Notes under the pieces: model-generated
What the model was told of the DNA's origin: nothing
What the model saw: only the letters and a program-made list of their open reading frames with translations
Database searches by the model: none
Position numbers and translations under genes: made by a program
In this document: positions 26,419 to 32,000 of the stretch, piece after piece
Layout of the letters: each line of letters begins with the position of its first letter
Position numbering within the stretch: the first letter of the stretch is position 1
Assembly: GCF_003966335.1 (NCBI RefSeq)
Contig: NZ_CP034549.1
Coordinates: 1,110,001 to 1,142,000, forward strand
Length of the DNA: 32,000 nt
From: Nonlabens ponticola
GTDB lineage: Bacteria; Bacteroidota; Bacteroidia; Flavobacteriales; Flavobacteriaceae
Direction of reading: 5' to 3'

Positions 26419-27693
26419 ATGCAAGAAGATTTCATCCACTACTTATGGAAGTTCAAGAAATTATCTGGCCTGGCACTGCATACAACTACAGGTGACCCAA
26501 TAGTGATCAAATCACTAGGTAGCCATAATTTTCACTCAGGTCCGGACTTTTTTAATTCTAGGCTATTGATAGGTAATCAATTATGGGCTGGTAATGTAGA
26601 GATGCATATCAAGGCGAGCGACTGGTACAAGCATGGTCATGATGACGACCCTGCATATGACAACGTAATCTTGCATGTAGTGTGGAAACACGATGCCGAA
26701 ATCTCTCGTCGTGACGAGGTCAATATTCCCGTATTAGAAGTTTCTAGGTATGTTCCTGATGAACTCATTATTTCCTATACTAAGCTATTTGCTTACAAGA
26801 ACAATCAGTTCATCAATTGTGAGAAATCCATAGGTAGAGTAGATCAATTTCATGTAGATCAATGGCTTGATAAACTTTTTATTCAACGTCTAGAGCAGCG
26901 TTATCACAAGATCATTAAATCCCTTGAAATGAATAATGGCGATTGGGAATCGACATTTTTCCAGTTGCTATGTCGCAGTTTTGGTACTAAGGTCAATGCA
27001 GATGCTTTTGAGCAACTCGCCACAAGTATACCGCAATCTACATTGAGGAAACTTGCTACTGACGCTTTCAGCCTGGAAGCTGTCATGTTAGGACAAGCAG
27101 GTCTTCTTGACAAGGATCATCAAGATAATTATGCAGGAGAGCTTTTGAGGGAATACGCTTTCGCGAAAGCAAAACATCAACTACAACCTATCCACACACC
27201 ACTCAAATTTTTCAGACTGCGACCAGCCAATTATCCTACCGTGCGCATCTCGCAATTGGCGCAATTGTATCATCGGAATCCGTTGCTATTCGGAGAATTA
27301 TTATTGACAAATGATTTAGGTCAAATGAGATCATTGTTTAAGGCGAGAGCTTCTAAATATTGGGATACTCATCACGTCTTTGACAAAGAAACAACCTCTC
27401 GCGAGAAATTACTGACTGAGATTTTGATCAACCTTATAATCATCAACTGCGTCATTCCAGCCAAGTTTGCCTTCATCAAGTACCAAGGCAACAATGATTT
27501 TGAGCCTTTGCTAGAGCTGATGCGTCAATTACCCAGAGAAAAGAACACTATAGTTACAGGATACAATAAGCTTATTACTGTAAATGATGCGTTACAAAGT
27601 CAGGCAGTTTTACAATTAAAACCGAACTATTGCGATGTCAACAAATGTCTGAGTTGTGATATAGGCGTTAGACTTATGACGGCTGGCTCATAG
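26419..27693 (+). CDS. DUF2851 family protein
   Basis: The start is taken at MQEDFIHYLWKFKKL, the N-terminus I remember for DUF2851. The ORF track starts 18 nt earlier, at 26401. Confidence 0.78.
   Translation: MQEDFIHYLWKFKKLSGLALHTTTGDPIVIKSLGSHNFHSGPDFFNSRLLIGNQLWAGNVEMHIKASDWYKHGHDDDPAYDNVILHVVWKHDAEISRRDEVNIPVLEVSRYVPDELIISYTKLFAYKNNQFINCEKSIGRVDQFHVDQWLDKLFIQRLEQRYHKIIKSLEMNNGDWESTFFQLLCRSFGTKVNADAFEQLATSIPQSTLRKLATDAFSLEAVMLGQAGLLDKDHQDNYAGELLREYAFAKAKHQLQPIHTPLKFFRLRPANYPTVRISQLAQLYHRNPLLFGELLLTNDLGQMRSLFKARASKYWDTHHVFDKETTSREKLLTEILINLIIINCVIPAKFAFIKYQGNNDFEPLLELMRQLPREKNTIVTGYNKLITVNDALQSQAVLQLKPNYCDVNKCLSCDIGVRLMTAGS
27157..27170. repeat. Iterated palindrome, copy 7 (inside the DUF2851 gene)
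   Basis: Read directly. It is read as Y-A-F-A-K-A-K, a different codon phase from copies 1, 3 and 4. Confidence 0.95.
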
Positions 27694-27731
27694 ATAATTG
27701 TGGACGCGTTTATCTTGCTTAACTTTGTCTT

Positions 27732-27959
27732 ATGCGAATAGTAACAGAATTGCGTCATTACATGGAGAAGTACGGCTTCTATGTCTCAACGCGCATGGCA
27801 GATAGATTAGGTATGCGCGCGCGCAACGTGCGCATCACATTTATCTATTTTACGTTTGCCACATTGGGAGCAGGATTTGCTGTTTATCTTGTTATTGCCT
27901 TCTGGTTGCGCATCAAGGATTTGATTTATGTCAAGCGCAGTTCAGTTTTTGATTTATAG
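27732..27959 (+). CDS. PspC-domain small membrane protein
   Basis: 75-aa ORF with a basic N-terminal region and one TM segment (ITFIYFTFATLGAGFAVYLVIAFWL). The size and its position after DUF2851 are typical. Confidence 0.65.
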   Translation: MRIVTELRHYMEKYGFYVSTRMADRLGMRARNVRITFIYFTFATLGAGFAVYLVIAFWLRIKDLIYVKRSSVFDL

Positions 27960-27964
27960 AACCT

Positions 27965-28963
27965 ATGCGCAGTAAATTATCCATTGCATTTCTATTACTA
28001 GCTGGTGTCCTACTCATGGGTGTCGTGGGATACAAGATTTTATTAGATTTATCGTGGGTCGACTCGCTATACATGACTGTCATCACGGTTACCACAGTAG
28101 GCTACCGCGAGATGGGTGACCCTAGTGCCAGTGCTAAGTTATTTACCATCTTTATTATTTTGACCAGCGTGGTGATCGTTGGTTATTCAGTATCGGTCAT
28201 TTCAGAATACTTGTTGAGCCGTAATTCTATAAAATCACGCCGCGAGAGAGAACGAAAAAAATATGTCAAGTCTATGGAACATCATGTTATAGTATGTGGT
28301 TACGGTCGCAATGGTAAGCAGGCAGTGGCAAAACTTGAAGATTATAAAAAGCCTTTTGTCATTGTTGAGAAAGAGCAAGAAGTAATTGACAACTGCTATC
28401 TCGAGAACAAGCATTTTGTGCGTGGCAATGCTAATGAGGATGAGGTGTTGCTGCAGGCTGGTATTGAGAAGGCCGCCGTTCTTATAACTGCGTTACCAGA
28501 TGATGCAGATAACCTGTTTATCGTATTGAGTGCACGTCAACTCAATAAAGACCTCAAGATTATCTCGCGCGCTAGTGAAGAAACAAGCTACAAAAAGCTA
28601 AAACTTGCTGGTGCCGACAACGTTATATTACCTGACCAAATAGGTGGTCAACATATGGCGTCTTTAATTGTAAGTCCCGACTTAATCGAGTTCTGGGACA
28701 ATTTGAGCGGTGGCCATGCTGGTATGAATCTAGAACAAATAAGCTTTGAGCAAATGTTTGATCACGAACGTCCTTGTTCTATTATAGATCTCAATCTGCG
28801 TCATGAGACAGGCTGTACGATTATTGGCTATAAAACAGTCGATGGTGAATATGTGGTGAATCCTAATCCCACGACTAAGATCGTTCCAGGTTCTAAAATT
28901 ATCGTTGTAGGTAATGTTGATCAAATCGCAAAACTGCAGAAGTTTTATCGCATCCTAGAATAG
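27965..28963 (+). CDS. Two-TM potassium-channel-like protein with RCK (TrkA-N/TrkA-C) domains and an atypical selectivity filter
   Basis: M1-P-loop-M2 architecture with pore sequence TVITVTTVGYREMGD. It is followed by the Rossmann motif VIVCGYGRNGKQ and a TrkA-C-like end. Confidence 0.82.
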   Translation: MRSKLSIAFLLLAGVLLMGVVGYKILLDLSWVDSLYMTVITVTTVGYREMGDPSASAKLFTIFIILTSVVIVGYSVSVISEYLLSRNSIKSRRERERKKYVKSMEHHVIVCGYGRNGKQAVAKLEDYKKPFVIVEKEQEVIDNCYLENKHFVRGNANEDEVLLQAGIEKAAVLITALPDDADNLFIVLSARQLNKDLKIISRASEETSYKKLKLAGADNVILPDQIGGQHMASLIVSPDLIEFWDNLSGGHAGMNLEQISFEQMFDHERPCSIIDLNLRHETGCTIIGYKTVDGEYVVNPNPTTKIVPGSKIIVVGNVDQIAKLQKFYRILE

Positions 28964-28994
28964 GCCTTACATTTCATTAACAAAACTTTTATAA

Positions 28995-29026
28995 AGCAAG
29001 ATTTTTATGCATCTTGCTAGCTTTTA
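28995..29026 (+). terminator. Hairpin after the channel gene
   Basis: AGCAAGAT-TTTTATGC-ATCTTGCT, an 8-bp stem, followed by AGCTTTTA. The T-run is weak. Confidence 0.45.
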
Positions 29027-29047
29027 CAATCAAATAAGCATTATTCC

Positions 29048-30838
29048 ATGAATAAAATTCTTACGGTACTTACTATTGCGTTGACGATGGCTCAAATGTC
29101 GTTTGCACAATTAACGGTAGATCATACAATTACTGACGAATCTACAGAGATTAACACATCTGTCATAAAGCTTGATGTTCAAGGTGGTCAGCAGCCGTAT
29201 AAATATTACTGGTCAGAAAGAAAGATTGACACACTTACAAGCACTATTAAGGGTGCTGAAGAAGGAAAAACTTATTCTGTTAGAGTAGAGGATGCCAGCG
29301 GTGCAAGTGTTGAAGAGGTTATTGATGTGCCAGCAGTGTCTTTACCAGAAAAGATGAGTGCGGCATTTGCACCTGTAGTAGGCTTCATGGACAAGTACTT
29401 TTTCTTTGATCCATTTCATAGTCTTGGATTATATGATAATAAAGTAAAAGACGCTAACGGTGATGTAGTATTAAACCCTAATGGTACGGTCAAGACTATT
29501 AAAGTACCGTTCATGGTTATTTGGTTGATCCTAGGAGCTTTATTCTTTACGTTGCGTTTCGGCTTTATCAACATACGAGGTATCAAACACAGCTTAAAGT
29601 TAGTTCGTGGTAAATATGATGAGCCGGATGCTGCTGGTGAGGTGACTCACTTTCAGGCTCTCGCTACTGCTGTTTCAGGTACGGTAGGTCTAGGTAACAT
29701 TGCAGGTGTTGCCGTAGCGATCGCTACAGGTGGACCAGGTGCGACATTCTGGATTATCCTTGCAGGTTTATTGGGTATGTCTTCAAAATTTATTGAATGT
29801 ACTCTAGGTGTTAAATATAGAGAAGTAGCCGCAGATGGTACTATCGCTGGTGGACCAATGGAGTATCTCAAAAAGGGATTTGCAGAAAAAGGTCTAGGTG
29901 GTCTAGGTAAAGGGTTATCCTTATTGTATGCCATCATCATTATGCTAGCGGCGTTTGCAGCTGGATCCATGTTTCAGGCCAATCAAGCAACCGCTCAACT
30001 GGCTAGCGTCATGGGCGTTGACGGTACTGCCAAAACCATTATAGGTGTATGTATAGCGGTGCTGGTAGGTATTGTGATCGTTGGTGGTCTGAAGGGTATC
30101 GCAAAGGTTACAGATAAGGTCGTCCCATCCATGGCAGGTCTTTATATAGTGATGTGTTTGATTGTTGTGATCGTTAATATTGGTAGTGTGGGCGATGCCT
30201 TTGGTCTCATTATCGATGGTGCCTTTCAATCAGACGCTATCTACGGTGGTGTGTTGGGTGTAATGGTATTAGGTTTCCAGAGAGCGGCATTTTCAAATGA
30301 GGCTGGATTGGGATCTGCGTCCATAGCACACTCTGCAGCAAAGACAAATCACCCAGTGGCCGAAGGTTTTGTAGCCCTACTAGAACCATTTATTGACACA
30401 GTAGTTGTTTGTACGCTCACAGCATTAGTATTGATTTTCACAGGCGTTTATGCTGATCCATCAGCTCAAGGATCTGCGCTGACTGCGATCGCATTCTCGC
30501 AAGTAATCCCAGGAGCAGATTACTTATTGACCATAGCAATTTTCTTATTTGCATTCTCTACAATTTTGACATGGTCCTATTACGGTGTCAAGGCAGCTCA
30601 AAGTATTTTTGGAGCCAAGAAGGTAGTGAGTATTGTTTTCAAGATTGTTTTCTTACTTACCGTGGTCTTAGGAGCTTCCATAGGATTGGGAGCCGTAATT
30701 GACTTTGCAGATATGATGTTCTTGACGCTGGCCATACCTAACTTGATAGGTCTTTACATGATGTCGGGTGGCGTTGCTAAGGATCTCAAAACGTACTTTA
30801 GCAAGGTTAAGTCTGGTGAGATACCGCAGACTAATTAA
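29048..30838 (+). CDS. Alanine/glycine:cation symporter (AGCS family) with an extra N-terminal secreted domain
   Basis: The core from about aa 150 carries AGCS hallmarks (FQALATAVSGTVGLGNIAGVAVAI, FSNEAGLGSASIAHSAAKT). The first ~100 aa are a signal peptide plus a GGQQPYKYYW...GKTYSVRVEDASG module. Confidence 0.86.
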   Translation: MNKILTVLTIALTMAQMSFAQLTVDHTITDESTEINTSVIKLDVQGGQQPYKYYWSERKIDTLTSTIKGAEEGKTYSVRVEDASGASVEEVIDVPAVSLPEKMSAAFAPVVGFMDKYFFFDPFHSLGLYDNKVKDANGDVVLNPNGTVKTIKVPFMVIWLILGALFFTLRFGFINIRGIKHSLKLVRGKYDEPDAAGEVTHFQALATAVSGTVGLGNIAGVAVAIATGGPGATFWIILAGLLGMSSKFIECTLGVKYREVAADGTIAGGPMEYLKKGFAEKGLGGLGKGLSLLYAIIIMLAAFAAGSMFQANQATAQLASVMGVDGTAKTIIGVCIAVLVGIVIVGGLKGIAKVTDKVVPSMAGLYIVMCLIVVIVNIGSVGDAFGLIIDGAFQSDAIYGGVLGVMVLGFQRAAFSNEAGLGSASIAHSAAKTNHPVAEGFVALLEPFIDTVVVCTLTALVLIFTGVYADPSAQGSALTAIAFSQVIPGADYLLTIAIFLFAFSTILTWSYYGVKAAQSIFGAKKVVSIVFKIVFLLTVVLGASIGLGAVIDFADMMFLTLAIPNLIGLYMMSGGVAKDLKTYFSKVKSGEIPQTN

Positions 30839-30846
30839 TAAATGAC

Positions 30847-31698
30847 ATGAATAAATTTAAATCCCTCTTTTTGTTTCATAGGAGACAGCAAAGAGGGATT
30901 TTTGTATTAGTAATTATCCTAGTTATCCTTTTAGGATTTAAGTGGTATCAGTCGCAACAACCACTAGAGCCATTAGCGATTGTAGATAATAGCAAGTTTC
31001 AAAAGCAAGTGGATTCCTTAAAGCAAATCGCTGCTAGGAAACGTGATACGATTTATCCTTTCAATCCCAATTACATCACAGATTATCGTGGGTACAAATT
31101 AGGATTGAGTGTTCAAGAGTTGGATAGATTGTCACGCTTTCGCGAAAGCGGAGACTTCATAAACTCTACCGCACAATTCCAGCAAGTAACTCAAGTCAAT
31201 CAACAGTGGCTGGATAGCATCTCACCATACTTTAAATTTCCTGCGTGGGTTACACAGAAGAGTCAACCTAGATATTCCAATAATTATCGTGCGATAAAGG
31301 TCATGGATATCAATCGTGCAACTGCTGATGATCTCAAAAAGGTTTATGGGATAGGTCCTGCATTATCAGGACGTATCATCAAAGAACGTGAGAGATTGGG
31401 TGGATTTATAGATTTTATGCAGGTACGTGGCGTGTACGGCTTGAGTGATTCTACCATGATCAAGGTGAAGGAGAGTTTTACATTATCGCCTAAGAGCGGC
31501 TTCAAAAAAATGGCGTTAAATACGGCAACTAGCGATGAGCTGTTAAGCGTACCTTATTTCAACGACTATCTAGTTGATGCGTTACTCAAGCAAAGAGCAC
31601 TTAGAGAACGTTTTAATAACTGGGATGAGGTGATGCTTACATCACGTTTCCCACAAGAGAAATTATCACTAATACAGCTATATTTGACGCTGGATTAA
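30847..31698 (+). CDS. ComEA-like helix-hairpin-helix DNA-binding protein
   Basis: N-terminal TM segment (GIFVLVIILVILLGF). There are two HhH units (INRATADDLKKVYGIGPALSGRI and LNTATSDELLSVPYFNDYLVDAL). Confidence 0.72.
   Translation: MNKFKSLFLFHRRQQRGIFVLVIILVILLGFKWYQSQQPLEPLAIVDNSKFQKQVDSLKQIAARKRDTIYPFNPNYITDYRGYKLGLSVQELDRLSRFRESGDFINSTAQFQQVTQVNQQWLDSISPYFKFPAWVTQKSQPRYSNNYRAIKVMDINRATADDLKKVYGIGPALSGRIIKERERLGGFIDFMQVRGVYGLSDSTMIKVKESFTLSPKSGFKKMALNTATSDELLSVPYFNDYLVDALLKQRALRERFNNWDEVMLTSRFPQEKLSLIQLYLTLD
31136..31149. repeat. Iterated palindrome, copy 8 (inside the ComEA-like gene)
   Basis: Read directly. The perfect palindrome is 16 nt (31135-31150). It is read as S-R-F-R-E-S, the third codon phase. 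Confidence 0.95.
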
Positions 31699-31715
31699 AA
31701 AGAACCAATTACCCT

Positions 31716-32000
31716 ATGTATCAATCATATTTTAGTGAAGAGCACAACGCCTTCAGACAAAGTTTCAGAGATTTTTTAAATAAGGAAGCCGTTCCTCACA
31801 TCGATCGATGGGAAGAGACTGGCCAGATAGATCGAGAGATTTTTGAGAAGATGGGTGAGATGGGCTACTTTGGATTATACTATCCAGAAAAATATGGTGG
31901 TCTGGATCTTGATTTCTTCTATACCGTAATCTTTCTTGAAGAAATGCAGCGCATCAATTCTGGTGGTTTTGCAGCAGCTATGTGGGTACAAGCATTTCTA
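31716..32000 (+). CDS. Acyl-CoA dehydrogenase, N-terminal 95 codons (runs off the right edge)
   Basis: My own translation from the ATG at 31716 is MYQSYFSEEHNAFRQSFRDFLNKEAVPHIDRWEETGQIDREIFEKMGEMGYFGLYYPEKYGGLDLDFFY..., a typical ACAD N-terminal domain. Confidence 0.85.
   Translation, partial: MYQSYFSEEHNAFRQSFRDFLNKEAVPHIDRWEETGQIDREIFEKMGEMGYFGLYYPEKYGGLDLDFFYTVIFLEEMQRINSGGFAAAMWVQAFL

Overview
Gene-dense chromosomal segment, best explained as a Flavobacteriia (Bacteroidota) core-genome region. Evidence: gldJ next to divergent porU-porV (type IX secretion), TAnnTTTG-type promoter boxes, no Shine-Dalgarno signals, and T9SS C-terminal sorting domains. Gene order: partial outer-membrane protein, coaX, tRNA-Val, tRNA-Phe, murF, gldJ | porU, porV, cdd, pdhA, PDH E2, M28 peptidase, SDR | purK | hpt-adk (one ORF), TPR-like protein, T9SS cargo, obg, lipocalin-like protein | DUF1569, hypothetical, DUF1343/NamZ | FtsX-like permease, cysteine-synthase-like enzyme, DUF2851, PspC-like, RCK K+ channel, AGCS symporter, ComEA-like, partial acyl-CoA dehydrogenase. 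I found no transposase, integrase, CRISPR array, rRNA or recognisable defence or toxin genes, so this is mostly an ordinary housekeeping region and I cannot point to a novel multi-gene system. The one strong signal not explained by gene content is a perfect 14-bp palindrome, GCTTTCGCGAAAGC, present 8 times. Five copies lie inside conserved genes in all three codon phases and three lie at gene boundaries, behaviour similar to a highly iterated palindrome or an uptake-sequence-like motif. Secondary oddities: an in-frame Hpt-Adk fusion; a cdd reading frame with a conserved-looking N-terminus but no canonical start, directly in frame behind the porV stop; a K+ channel with TVGYRE instead of TVGYGD/TVGFGE; an AGCS transporter with a signal peptide plus an SprB-repeat-like N-terminal domain; head-to-head overlapping start codons; and a G+C-rich structured island in the purK/hpt intergenic region. 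All functional calls come from reading the supplied translations and from memory of the protein families. No searches were run.
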